Source of the DNA: Mobula birostris
Taxonomy: Eukaryota
Length of the DNA stretch: 64,000 bases
Assembly: GCF_030028105.1 (NCBI RefSeq)
Contig: NC_092373.1
Coordinates: forward strand, 188,015,998-188,079,997
Direction: 5' to 3'
Below, piece after piece: positions 23,946 to 36,527 of this stretch; position 1 is the first letter of the stretch, and every line of letters starts with the position of its first letter. The notes below the pieces were generated by a model. That model worked only from the letters and a program-made list of their open reading frames with translations, ran no database searches and had not been told where the DNA came from. A program made the position numbers and the translations under genes.

Positions 23946-24906
23946 TTTTAAAGAAAGTTTGATCACTCTCTTTGATTAATGGATTTGAACAAATGCACTC
24001 CATCCAGCCAAATAGTTCAAAAATTAGGTGGATGAGCGAGCTTTCCAAGGTGGTGTGACACAGCACCTTGAGAAAAGTGCAGTGTGGCGGTTCTCTTTCA
24101 ACTCTTTTAATCCAATAAGCTGCATGAGCAGAGCTGGTTCTGCATAATCGCAGCAATGATCTGATAGTCAGAGAATGTTTGAGAGGCAATGATGGTAAAA
24201 TAATTAGCTTCAGCATAAGATCAGAGATAGTAAAATCAAAGACATGTCAATAACCAGAGGGCATAGATTTAAGGCTGCTGGCGAAAGAACAAGAGGTGAG
24301 AAGAGGAAATAAAAATTCTTCATTTTCATGCAAGACCGTTTGGCAGCACCAATTGATATGGTGGCAGAAATAGGTGCAGTGAAGGATGTCAGAGGTGAAA
24401 TGAATAGGTACTTTAATGGGCTAAAATAAAAGCAGAGATATTAGTTGAACTTCAAAAGAACTGCAGGTGTACTATAGACCAAGCATTCAACTCTTGTGAT
24501 GGACTACTTCTTCATTCCATGTTAGGCTGAAAACGTATAACATGGTTATACATAGAAAATGACTTGGTCAAGATTCAATAGAAGGAAAAGCTGACAAACA
24601 GACTTTTGATGAGCAGCAAGAGATTGTTAGTGAGAAAAAGTATGGAATAAAATAACAAATGTATTCTAGAAGAGCATTGATTTAATTTCCCAGGCTATAA
24701 TGGAAAGAGAGAGAACTGAACTTTGCTAAATATTAATCTAAAAGAAATGGAGCAAGCACATTTTTGGAAATTATTCAGCATAGATTTTTCAAAACACTAC
24801 CTTCATATTTTCAGAACGCACAGACTGAGTGCTTTGCTCCTATCTATTCCATTTCAGGGGCACATCTACTGACAATGTTCTCTCAGCAATTTAGATGTCT
24901 GGATAA

Positions 24907-25585
24907 TTCAAATCAAATTAAATCAAGTTTAATTGTCATTCAAACCATACATGGATACAGCCAAACAAGACAATCTTTCTCTGGGGCCAAGGTGCAAAAA
25001 CATACACAAACATTCAAAATACTGAGAAAGAAAAAAAATTGTCATGTAAGAAAAAACAGTTTTTAGTCAGAGACCTTGAGGGACAAGTCCTACAAATTGA
25101 TGGTTCCTGGCAATCCAGCCTGTCATTCCACTGATCAAACACCTGAGGGCAGCGACAACAGGAGAGGCCACCCCTCCAACCGAGCATTCTACACTGGCCT
25201 CTGGCATCTCCTCATCTGGGCTGCAGCAGCATGCATGTCCGCAGCTTGGGGCCTACTTCGCGCCACAACCAAGGCTACGCTGCTGCCTCTCCGTCTATCT
25301 CCCCACCAAAAGTGGGAAACAGGCCTAAAGCAATCAATGTCCAACATGGTTTTGCGATTGCAAGAGAAATGTCCAAGACAGTCACTCACAGTTTCACTGC
25401 ACGCCGCCTTCGCATACCAACTCCGGTGCCTTCGAGTGGCAGGCAGCAGCATGGTTTGCATCCTGGTCAGCAACGCTGAACCCAATCCGGCTCCTCCGGT
25501 GGCCCGACCAGCCCGCACTCTCCTCCGGCAGCCTGATGGGCCTGCACTCTTGTCTGGCACAGTGCATTGGTGGCAGCAGCTGGCA
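24907..25585 (-). mobile_element. Non-coding retroposon with Rex1-like 3' tail and GC-rich body
   Basis: Minus-strand end atgacaattaaacttgatttaatttgatttgaa; related tail at about 43710-43890; no recognisable protein motif. Confidence 0.5.
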
Positions 25586-25874
25586 AACAATGTTCTACAT
25601 CAAGACAGGCATTTCAAAAGTCAGACCATTAGAATTAATATTACAAAATTTAATCAACAGTAAGTAAGCAAACAGCAGGATAATGAGATCCAACTTGTTA
25701 GCAGTTGTTATCAATACACTGTGCATTAACTCTGCAAAATAATCCATACCTTTAAATTAGACTGGAAAAATTTAATCAATCTCATAGAGTTCGAAACAGC
25801 ACAGAAATAGGCCTCCAGCCCACTTGGCCAATGCAGGCTATCAAACACCCACTTAAGTTACTCCTTCTTTTTAA

Positions 25875-26360
25875 CAAACTCAACTTTATTGATAATAAAA
25901 CATATTTACAAGAATAAAATGTGAATATATTCATAGTCAATGCTTTCCTACTGTTTTATTACATTTCTACACATCAACAGCACTGCTACCACTCATGTGG
26001 CACTCTGGGGTCTTCCTCAGTCAACCCAGCCCCCCCCCACCCCCCAGTAGCAATAGAAACCTACACTGTGGTCCTTCTCCATCAAGCCCTTGCGGTGGCT
26101 GCACGTACTCTGAGCTTAGAATGTGCCAGTCTGCAGCATTTCCCTCTGGACATCTCAATGTGCTGACAGACCGTGAAGTTTTGGGCAGACCAAAGGACAT
26201 CTTTCACTGAGTTCATGGTCTTCCAGCAGCACCTGATGTCCATTTCTCTGTGAGTCCCTGGGAACAGCCTGTAGATCATAGATTCCTCTTATCACACATC
26301 TGCTTTGGTTGAACTGCAACAAAAGCCCTTGCATCTTTCTCCAGAACCCCTTCATAAGCA
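25875..26360 (-). mobile_element. Tx1/L1-clade LINE 3' end
   Basis: IYRLFPGTHREMDIRCCWKTMNSVKDVLWSAQN...EMS..KCCRLAHSKL, followed by a G-rich 3' UTR and AATAAA. Confidence 0.7.
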
Positions 26361-26404
26361 TATAGTCCGTAATTCTCCCCACATTGACATCCTCTACCTC
26401 CAGA

Positions 26405-27303
26405 CACTCTGGCACCCTATAATCGTCCTTGATTACGCTCTACGTCAAGCTACGAAAGATCATGACAAGCCTGGTTTTACCATAAAACCAGGACGAACTA
26501 AAAGGGTCAGACCAGTTATGCTCACAGATCTCAATTTTACAGATGACATAGTCCTGCTGTCTGACCAGATGGAGGAAGCACAGCAGCTACTGACAAAAGT
26601 GGAAATTGAGTGCAATAAAGTTGGACTTCACCTAAACGCTAAAAAGACAGAGTACATGGAGTTTAACTGCGACGAAGGTACTCTCAAGACCGTAGAGAAT
26701 GATACCATTAATCAAGTCTTTGACTGCAAGTACCTTGGGTCAAGAATGATGAGTTCGGAGAAGGACATAAAGATACGGAAGGCGCTGGCGTGGAGGGCTA
26801 TGAACGACATGAAGGAAATATGGAAGTCGAACCTGACCAGAGGGCTTAAAAAGAGGATCTACATAGCAGTCATAGAGTCCATTCTCACATACGGATGCGA
26901 GACGTGGACACTCACCAAGGCTATTCAAAAGTCTCTAGATGGTTGCTATACATGAATGCTCTGGATGGCTCTTGACGTGAGTTGGCAACAGCACATGACG
27001 AATGTCGAGCTCTATGACAACATACCGATGCTCACCACTAAAATCGAGGCAAGAAGACTGCAACTAGCGGGGCACTGTCTACGCCACCCTGAGCTACCTG
27101 CCAGCCTAGTCATCATATGGGAGCCCAAGCACGGGAGGGTGAACCCTGGGCGTCCTCCCAAGACTATAGTCAACACGCTCCTAGAAGACAGCGGCGCGAC
27201 TAATGTAGATGAACTGAACACACTGATGAGGGAGAGGGAAAAGTGGAGAGTCCGTCATTGTGCCCGACGCCAGCCCCCTAGGCCTGGGTTGACGTAGTAG
27301 TAG
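26405..27303 (+). mobile_element. RTE-clade LINE, 5'-truncated, well preserved, with 10-bp TSD
   Basis: TSD TACCTCCAGA at 26395-26404 and 27304-27313. Reads TLAPY..IVLDY...DLNFTDDIVLL...GLHLNAKKT...KYLGS...YGCETWT...LDGCYT*ML...AGHCLRH. (TAG)n tail. Confidence 0.92.
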
Positions 27304-27469
27304 TACCTCCAGATTACGCATTCATGGTAACTTCCAGTTGCCAGTTAATATACCAACACACATACCTTTGGGATGTGGGAGAATTCTGGGACTGTGAGGC
27401 ACTAGCTCTATTTGATAAATTGGGATCCACATCACCGAGGACCTCACGTGGTCTGTACGCACCAGTTGT

Positions 27470-28020
27470 GTGGTGAAACAGGCACGACAGTGCCTCTTTC
27501 ACCTCAGACATTTGAGGAAGTTTGGTATTGGCCCCCTAAACATAAGAACATTCTATAGGGGCACAATTGAGAGCATCCTGACTGGCTGCATCTCTGCCTG
27601 GTATAGAAGTATAGGAACTGTACCTCCCTTAATCGCAGGACTCTGCAGAGAGTGGTGCGGACAGCCCAGCACATCTGTAGTTGTGAACTTCCCATTATTC
27701 AGGACATTTACAAAGACAGGTGTGAGAGAAGGTCCTGAAGGATCATTGGGGACCCGAGTCACACCAATTAAAATCTATTCCGGCTGCTGCTATCCAGGAA
27801 ACGGTACTGAAGCATAAAAGCCAGGACCAACAGGCTCCGGGATAGCTTCTTCCACCAGGCTATCAGACTGATTAACTCACGCTGATTTGAGTGTTACATC
27901 GACTGTAGTATTTATTATAAATTACTATGATTGCACATTTAGATGGAGACATAGCGTGAAGATTTTTATTCCTCATGTACAGTATATGAAGGATGTAGGA
28001 AATAAAGTCAATTCAATTCA
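27470..28020 (+). mobile_element. Rex1-type LINE 3' end with (TTCAA)n tail
   Basis: VKQARQCLFHLRHLRKFG...TFYRGTIESILTGCISAWY; ends aataaagtcaattcaattca. Confidence 0.88.
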
Positions 28021-28429
28021 GTTACTGTGCCAAACACCAATCCATGAGTAGTTATTGGAAATTCACTTGATTTCAAAACTCTTTAAACTCAAACTGGATA
28101 TAGTTAAAATTTCTGTCCCCCCCCACTCCCCCGATAAACTCAAGTTATGCAAATGTGAAAGTCTTTGAGAACAACCAGCAAAGAGGCTCGACCAGTTTTA
28201 AAGCCCCTGAACATCTGCCTCTGCCTTTATCAATGTATCCTTGAAATTAACATTTAATAAGGGGCTAATTCAAATCCATTAGATTACTGGGATATAGTGC
28301 AGCGGGCAGGGACTGATAGAAGGTGACCCCGAACAGCTGCATGAACTGTTAAAAATATTTATTTGACATGGCTTACATAACACCTTTGTACTTAAAGCTT
28401 TCAGTGAAAAGAAAACTAAATACTTATTA

Positions 28430-28625
28430 CTATATAGTTCTTCCATGACTTTCAGTATTTCAAAATGCTTTATAGCAAATGGAATACTTTCACGTGTAAC
28501 TTGTGTTGCAATTTGGGAAAAGTAGTATGAAGTTAGCTGAGCAATCTGTCAAAAGGAACTGGCCTGATAATATCATTGTAGTGAAGTTAATTGAAGGATA
28601 AACGTTAGCCATGATATCAGGCCAG
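28430..28625 (-). mobile_element. Deu-domain SINE relic (SacSINE1/AmnSINE1 superfamily)
   Basis: Resembles the Deu-domain reverse strand as I recall it (atatag...caaaatgctttatagcaaatggaatacttt...tgaaggataaacgttagcca); highly diverged. Confidence 0.5.
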
Positions 28626-28867
28626 AATAATGCATCTGAGGCTTAGGCCATTCAGCCCATTCTTCAATTACCAAATAAAGCCACTGTCCTGTCCCTTACC
28701 CTAAAAATTCTTTATTCATTCCTACAATGGGGTTAGTCATTTGAAATTGAAACGTGAAAATTTGTTTTAGCAGAGGGTGGTGAATCTCCGGAATTTTCTG
28801 CCCAGTCAGGAAGTAGAACCTGAATCATAGGAAGTATCAGAGGTATTTAATGTGGAGGTAGATAAAT

Positions 28868-29222
28868 CATAGAATCAGAAATCTGCAGCACATTACAGGC
28901 CCTTCACCTACAATGTTTTGCCAACCATGTAACCTAATTTAGAAACTGCCCAGGATTACACTACTGCATAGCCCTCTATTTTTCTAAGCTCCATGTATCT
29001 ATCTAAGAGTTTCTTAAAAGACCCTATTGTATCCACCTTTACCACCTTCACTGGCAGTGCATTCCACACACTCACCACTCTCTGTGTAAAAAACTTACCT
29101 CCGACATCCCCCTTGTACTGACTTCCAAGCACCTTAAAGCTATGCCCTCTTACGTTAGCCATTTCACCCCTCTAAAGCTCTGGCTACCCACACGACCAAT
29201 GCCTCGCATCATCTTATATGTC
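28868..29222 (-). mobile_element. CR1 3' end, same subfamily as 20488-23212
   Basis: RGHSFKVLGSQYKGDVGGKFFTQRVVSVWNALP...SFKKLLDRYM. Confidence 0.88.
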
Positions 29223-30271
29223 ATCTTATAATACGTGATGGATCGAGAAATCAAGGGGTGTGGAGAAATAGCACAGATGAAGAGTTGAGGCCAATAAAAA
29301 CCAGAAATGATCATGTTAAAGTGTAAGAAAGGTTTCAAGGGTCTGATGGCCTACTCCTGCTCCTATTTTCTTGTGGTCCTGTGTAAGCAGAGTGGAAGTA
29401 AAACTTTGCTCTTGGGTGGGTAGTGGTGTATCACAAGGATCTGTGCTCGGTTGTTCATACATCACATTAATAATTCATCAAGTTGTACAGCACTGAAACA
29501 GACCCTTCTGCCCACCGCACTTGTGCCAGCCATTATGCAAATCTATACTAATCCCACTTGCCTGGACCGATTCCATTTCCCATTGTCTTGGCCATTCATG
29601 TATTGGTTGAGATGCCCTGTGAATGTTGCTCCTATTCCTATCTCCACCACGTCCTCTGGCAACTTACTGCAATTCAGCAAAATTTCTGAATTTGTGGATG
29701 GCATGAAGCTGGGATAAAAGCTGATACTAAGGTCTGCAACAAGATACAAGAGCATAGAAATAAATCTAGTACGAGCAAATAATGGACAGACAGCTTTCAG
29801 TGTAGGTCAGTGAAGATGGGAAAAATAGGAAGGTACAATTCTTGGTGGAAAGGGGACGAGATATACCTATACAAGTCATTAAAAATTACACCATAGGTTA
29901 GCAAGGCTATAAATAAAGCAAGCTAAGTACTTTATTTCCAGAGAAATAGAATGGAAATGTGGGGAAATTATCATAAACTATATTGAATCTTGGTTAAGTC
30001 ATAATGTGGCCACCATTGATAGAAAAGAGATGAGGAGGCAATGGAAAGCATGCAAGAACGATAACAAGGGTAAACCAGGGAATGATGAGCAGACACTTTT
30101 AAAAATAGATAATGAGAAGTGATGAAGTGGAGGTCCTCAAAGTGATCAAAAATTCAGTGAAGTAGATACATAGATTATATTCCAACTTGTAGCTAACAGG
30201 AAAATTGTAGGCTTGTAATAAGGTCAGTCAACAAGAAATACAATCAAGAATTATGAAAAAAATGGTGTTTT

Positions 30272-30550
30272 CATTATTTATTTGTTTATTTATTGTGATA
30301 CAGTACGGAATAGGCCCTTCTGGCCCTTCGAGCTGTGCCACCAAGCAACCCAACTTTAACACTCGCCTAATCACGGGACAATTTACAGTGACCAAATAAT
30401 CTGTCGTTGGACTGTGGGGGAAACCTGGAGCATCTGGAGAAAACCCATACGGTCACATGGAGGGTTTGCAAACACCTTACAGACAGTGGCAGGAATGGAA
30501 TGTCACTGGGAACGTAAAGCATTGTGCTAACCACTGCACTACCATGCCAT
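30272..30550 (-). mobile_element. V-domain SINE
   Basis: Reverse strand begins atggcatggtagtgcagtggttagcacaatgcttta; V core; (AATA)n tail. Similar copies at 20085-20380 and 59880-60170. Confidence 0.8.
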
Positions 30551-30744
30551 AGCACTCTGTGACTAGAATGTGGAAAATACTACACAGGAATGCTGAAATA
30601 AGTGGTATAGGTATATCTGAGCAGTGTAGATGAGCCGATGGTAACACTGATAGAGTTAATTAAGGAAAGATAAGCAATGAACATAAATAGAATATAAACC
30701 TTGTCATGGAATGGTTGGGCTGAATGGCCTATATTTCTGAGCAA

Positions 30745-30933
30745 CAGTGTTCCCTCTAAGCTGCATGGGTAACTGAGCTGCTCCTGCACACATAGCCTTT
30801 GTTACCACACAGCTAGAATTTTCTTTTATATAATGTTAAAATAAAGTGCCATGCAGTTTCCAGGCCCTGTAAAAATTTTGTGCTCACAGCATTGATTGAT
30901 CCGCTCTGCTGTAAAAAATTAGAGGGAGTTCTG
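30745..30933. mobile_element. Possible hAT-type MITE
   Basis: Imperfect TIRs CAGTGTTCCCTCTAA / TTAGAGGGAGTTCTG; no clear 8-bp TSD. Confidence 0.45.
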
Positions 30934-31074
30934 TTGTGGTGTATATCTTATCCAATCCCAAGCAAAGCTGGGACCATCTCTGAGATAGCAAGGTCTGTAA
31001 AATTTCCTCACACTCCCTTCCTTGTTAAGTTCTGCTCTGGATATGAATGTGAAGTTTCTGTCCACACTTAAACA

Positions 31075-32100
31075 AGACCAGAAGATATAGGAGCAGAATT
31101 AGGCCATTTGGCCCATCAGGTCTGCTCCACTATTTGATCATGGCTGATCCAATTTTCCTCTTGGCCCCAATGTCCTGCCTTCTCCCCGTATTCCTTCATA
31201 CCCTGACCAATCACGGATTTATCAACCTCTGCCTTAAGTAATCATAAAGACTTGGCCTCCACAGCTATCTGTAGCAAAGAATGCCACCCGTTCATCACTG
31301 TCTGACTAAAGAAATTCCTCCTCATTCTAAACAGCTATGCTGATTTTCATTTCTTAGCTAATACAAATGGCATTGTTGATGAACTGTCTACCTTTGAGAG
31401 CAGGAGAGTCTTCTTTAATATTCCACCTTAAAACAGCAAACCCTTCAGGACAGCATGCACTGAGAATGTGACTGAGATACTATGACAGGCATAGTCAGGG
31501 TGAATAGTCTCAGAGTGGAAATCTCAACCACTGGAGGTCATAGGTTTAAGGTGAGAGGGGAAAGTTTCAGCATGTGCAAGTTATTTCACACAGAGGGTGG
31601 TAGGTGCTTAGTATACACAGACAGGAGCAGTGATAGAAGCAGACATGATAATGGGGCTTAAGAAATATTTAGACAGGAACATGAAATTTGATTAGTATGC
31701 CATAGAAACAGGCCTTTCAGCCCACAATGTCTCTGCCAAACACAATGCCAAATTAAATTCTCTTCTGCTTTCACACAATCCATATCCTCCACTCCCTGCA
31801 TATCTCCAGCCTCTTGGCCACAATTGCATCTGCTTCCATCACTACCCTGACAGCCTGTTTCAGACACCAATGACAGACTACATAAAATTCTCCATTAAAC
31901 TTGCCCTCTCGCACCTGAAATGCATGCCCTCTAGTATCTGACATTTCTCCCTGAGGAAAAAGACACAGTGGCCACCATATCTGTGCCTCCCATAATTCTC
32001 TAAACTTCTATGAGGTCTCATTTCAGCTTCTGAGGCTCCAGAGAAAATAACCAGTTTGTTCAATTTCTTCTTTAGTTTGCGCTCTGTATTCTGGTAAACC
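31075..32100 (-). mobile_element. Cluster of CR1 3'-end relics (31075-31330 and 31695-32100 minus; about 31480-31690 plus)
   Basis: CR1 3' UTR motifs (ggagcagaattaggccatttggcccatc; caggcctttcagcccacaatgt). Confidence 0.7.
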
Positions 32101-33189
32101 TCTGCTGTGCTCCCATTTCAGCTTTTACTGCTTTCCAAAAATAGGGCAAGCAGATTTGCTTATCATAATCCAAGTGCAGCCCAATCAAAGATTAACATGC
32201 AGGGAATGGAGGGATACAGATCACGTTCATGGCATCAAGTACCTGTCCCTGTGCTGCCTTCTCCTGTGTTCTATTATGATCAATCTTCTATCTGGATAAT
32301 GTGATTCTGACATAGTGGAAAATTCTCAGCATCACTTGCCACAAATAGGCAGCTGTACAAGATGGGAATGGAACAAGCAATGGGGACTATAGGTAATAGT
32401 AAAAGATAAATATTAAGCAAAATGAGTTTTGAGCAGACCAATACAATTGGACAAGGAATAGCTGTTATTAAAACCACATTTAATGAATCAAATAGCCAGC
32501 ACATATATACATATGATTGATTCTCACTTTTTGGTGGAGTACTTATTCAATAGGTTTACCCTGCCTTTGTGTTATATTTGCATATGAGAAGTTTTGTCCA
32601 AAATAAACTATCAGTATGATCAACAAAAAAAAATCATAAAATCAGCTGTTCACGGAAGACAGAGAAAATAATAAAAGTGAAGTCAGAAGTAAGAGACATG
32701 TCTCATTTAATTTAATGCAGTAATCCCAGCTCCACGGCAGGAGTCTGAATATTTGGTACATTTTGTTATGCTAAGTATACACAGCAAGAATAATTCAGTG
32801 AAAATCAGCAGTGATGAATGTTGTCTCAGAGACTGAGCAAGTATAAATTATACACTGTACATACAATATTCAACTACAATCTGAATTTGTAAAGTGCTCT
32901 GAAAGCAAGAAGTGTTTCTTTATTCATTCCGGCATGTGGGTGTTGCTGAACAGACTAAGTGACCCTGAGTTGCTGGATGGTGAACCACCTTTTTGTAATG
33001 CTGGAGTCCTCTTGAAGGTTGTTAGCAAGTGAGTTCCAGTAGTTAGATTCAGTGGCAATGAAGGTTAGTAAGATAGTTCCAAGACAGGAAGTGTGTGGCT
33101 TAGAGGAACTTGTTAGTGGAGTTACTCTCTTCACTTGCTGGTCTTGTCCATCAGATGGTAAAACATTAGACAAGAATGTTGGTAGAATA

Positions 33190-33392
33190 AACTACAGATG
33201 TTAGAAACTGGATCGACACTCAAAATGCTGGAGGATCGTAATAGGGCAGGTGGCATTTATGGAGGGAAATGGATAGTTGACATTTCAGAGCATTGAGTCC
33301 TGGCGAAGGGTCTCGACCTGGAACATCAACTGTCCATTTCCCTCCTTAGGTGCTGCCTGACTTGCTGAGTGTCTCCAGCGCTTTATGTGTTA
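33190..33392. repeat. Fold-back Penelope terminal-repeat relic with degenerate hammerhead motif
   Basis: Arms caaaatgctggag...ggagggaaatggatagttga and tcaactgtccatttccctcc...ctccagcgcttt. Motif gagtc-CTGGCGA-agggtctcgacct-GGAA-catc-aactg at 33295-33332. Confidence 0.8.
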
Positions 33393-34530
33393 CTTCACAA
33401 GGATGTTACCTGGTTTGGAGCGATTGAATGGGCTGGGGCTGCTTTCCCTCTGGTAAAGGAAGCTGAAGTGTGGGCTTATAGAAGTATATGAGATTGATAG
33501 GGGAGATAATCAATATCTTTTGCCTATGGTAAACATGTTTAAACCTAGAGAGCATAGGTTTAAAATAGGGGAAGGAGGTTTAAGGGGTACATTTTTCACA
33601 CAGTGAGTAACTGGGATCTGGAAGAGATGGTGGAGGTAGGAACAACAATTACATTCAAGAGGCATTTAGATGATGTAAAGGGATTTGGAAGTTTGGAAGT
33701 GGAATTTGAATATATAGTCATGAGTGATCAGCATAACCACAGTGAGCCAAAAGGCCTTTTTCTATGCTGCCTAATTCTGCCTGAATGTGTCTAGGTTTTG
33801 CTATATGTAGGCATAGAATAGTTCATTTTTGTGAAAGGAATTAAGTATCACATGCAGTCATAGTAAATGTTCCTTATCTCAAACCTTATAGTGAAAGGAA
33901 GCTTATTAATAAAGTGGATGAAAATAGGACACTGCTCTGAAGAGCTCATTCAGTGCTGTTCTTTGACTGAGATGACAAGCATATGACAAACTTCTGCAAA
34001 GTTTGACTCTATCCAGGGTATTTACCCTTTGATTTCCAATGAACAGATTTACTAGCATTCATTAAGCCCACATTCAGTCAACTGATCTGATGTTGAGAAC
34101 AACTTCCATCGCTTTACCTCTTGAATTAAGCTTTTTAATTTGTATTTGGATAAAGGCTGGGTTGAAGTCTGGAGCCAAATGGTCCTTGCAAAACCCAGAT
34201 TGAGCAGGTAATAGGTGAAGTGGCTGTTATATAAAGTAGTGACAATACCCACCCTGGTCACTTTGCTGATGATGCAGAGTGATTTGATAAAGCAGTATTG
34301 AGTAGATTTGACTGGGAGCTTAATGCATTGCACACCAAGGAGATAAACTTTGGTGAAAGTAGTCAGATTTATGAAGGATATGCATGGAGAATTGAAAGTG
34401 ACAGAAGATTTTGGACAGGAGTGGGAAAATGGGGTTATTGCACTGTGAGATTAAAAAAGAAGGAATGACAAGTGTGAGATCCCAGGAGTGAAGCATTCAA
34501 CATAATGGTTCTAAACTGTAGCCGAATATA

Positions 34531-35058
34531 CTCTCAGTCGCCATTTTATTAGGTACACCTGTACAAGTGTACACCAGCTCATTAATGTAAATGTATAATC
34601 AGCTAATCATAAAAGCATGCAGATGTGGTCAAGAAGTTCAGTTGATATTCAGCCTAAACATCAAAATGAGGAAGAAATGTGACTAAGCGACTTTGACCGT
34701 GGAATGATTGTTGGTGCCAGAATGGGTGGTTTGAGTAACTCAGAAACCATGGATACCCCAGGATTTTTGCGCACATTGTCTCTAGAGTTTAGAGAGAATG
34801 GTGCAGATTAAAATAAAAACATCCAGTGAGCAGCATTTCTGTGAATGAAAACACCTTGAGGGAGGTCAGAGGAGAATGGCCAGACTGGTTCATGCTGACA
34901 GAAAGACGACGATAACTCAATAACTATGTGTGACAACAGTGGTGGGCCAAAGAGCATCTCTGAATGCAATATATGTCGAACCTTGAAGTGGATGGGCTGT
35001 AGCAGTAGAAGAACGCACTGAGATCTACTCCTGTACCTAATAAAGTGGCCACCGAGTG
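34531..35058 (+). mobile_element. Non-autonomous Tc1-like element, second copy of the 3770-4324 family
   Basis: TA|CTCTCAGTCGCCATTTTATTAGGTAC ... GTACCTAATAAAGTGGCCACCGAGTG|TA; same HTH relic. Confidence 0.9.
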
Positions 35059-36426
35059 TATTCTTAGAGATTTTATACATTCAAGCACCTGGATTGAATC
35101 ATTGTGCCTTAATAGAATTTTTAGTCCATCTCGAGTGTTTTTATCTCCAATGCCTGCACATGTTAAAAGGAATGAAAAGCGCTCCCAGTTCATTTTAATT
35201 CATTGACACTTTTCACAATGGGTGTTTGCCAAAATTTCACGGAAATTAATCTTCAGTTTCTGGAGACTGCAGATTAACCCGGCAGTGCTAACCCAAACCC
35301 AAAGCAGTTGGGGTGGAGGGTTTCCAGAACAGAAGAAAGTCACAGAAGTCAGATGTCAAGACCATGGAGAACGGATGGAAATTTCAAATTTGAGGCACCT
35401 GAGCCTTAGGAACCAATGTAGGTCAGAGAGGACCAGAATGATGGGTGAGTGTGACATTGAAAAAGTAAGCCTCAGATGTCAGTGAATCCCATTATAGCTC
35501 TTCTCACATCTGCTGCAGAAAACGCCATGGCCTGGGACTGGCTGTTCACAGTATTAATGGATGAAGGCTGACACCTTCATATGACATTCTCTTTCTGTGA
35601 CGTTAGCAGACCTTAACCTATTTTAAAAAATTGAATTAATGTCCATATTAAAATTGGCAAGAAAGCTACCTCAAACTGACCTCACAACTTTCTACAAAAG
35701 AATAATCTTTAAACTTTACAAAAAAATTTGAATTTATTGGTTATGATTATGTTTAAGACTGTATACTGCCTACTGAAATTATTATCAGCCTGATTGACAT
35801 TCATCAGTTATAAGTTTACATTTATTTGTAAAGCTTTCACAACAAAATAGCCGAGAAATTAGTTCACACACTTGAAAAAAATTAGTGTGAAATGGTCCAT
35901 TTTGATTTTTACCTGAAGTAAACAGGTGACACATTTCACAGTATGTTTCGATGTACATGTGACAAATAAAACTAATCTTATTTTAATCTTAATCCAATTA
36001 TCAATTCCATGTAAAAATTGAGTAAAGCACCTTTGTTTAAATTTATGACCGTTACCTTATGTCAGACATGCACCAAACGATGCAATTAATTGAGCAACCC
36101 TATTTCCACATTCATCAACAGTAACTGGTCAAAAATCCGTTCAACAATCACTGCAGAATGGTTTCATTCCATGCCATGTTTGTTCGTTGTCTTGTAGCTT
36201 CAAAGGGTGCTCTGCTGATGTCAGGAGATCTAGCTTCAATACTTACTCAAACACCCTCACGAAGTCCGCAGAGTGCTACAATTATGACTGAGAGTTTTTC
36301 TCAGACTTATTGGATCGATGATTACGGTCATATTTATTGATACAGGATGGATCAGTGATTGGGAAAGAGCTTATTCCCAGGTTACTTGAAGGCGCCACGT
36401 CTTACCTCAAATTGTCAGATGATTAA

Positions 36427-36527
36427 GCAACACACAAAAAATGTTGGAGGATCTCAACAAATCAGGCAGAATCTATGAAGGGGAATAAATAGTTGATGAT
36501 TTGGGCCAAGACCCTTCATCAGGACCC
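36427..36527 (-). repeat. Penelope terminal-repeat fragment with half-intact hammerhead motif
   Basis: Minus strand gtc-CTGATGA-agggtcttggccc-AAAT-catc-aact; GAAA is lost. Confidence 0.75.

Noticed and set aside
25076-25663. 195-aa ORF and overlapping ORFs
   Set aside because: Lie in a GC-rich repeat-like body, open in several frames, no protein motifs.
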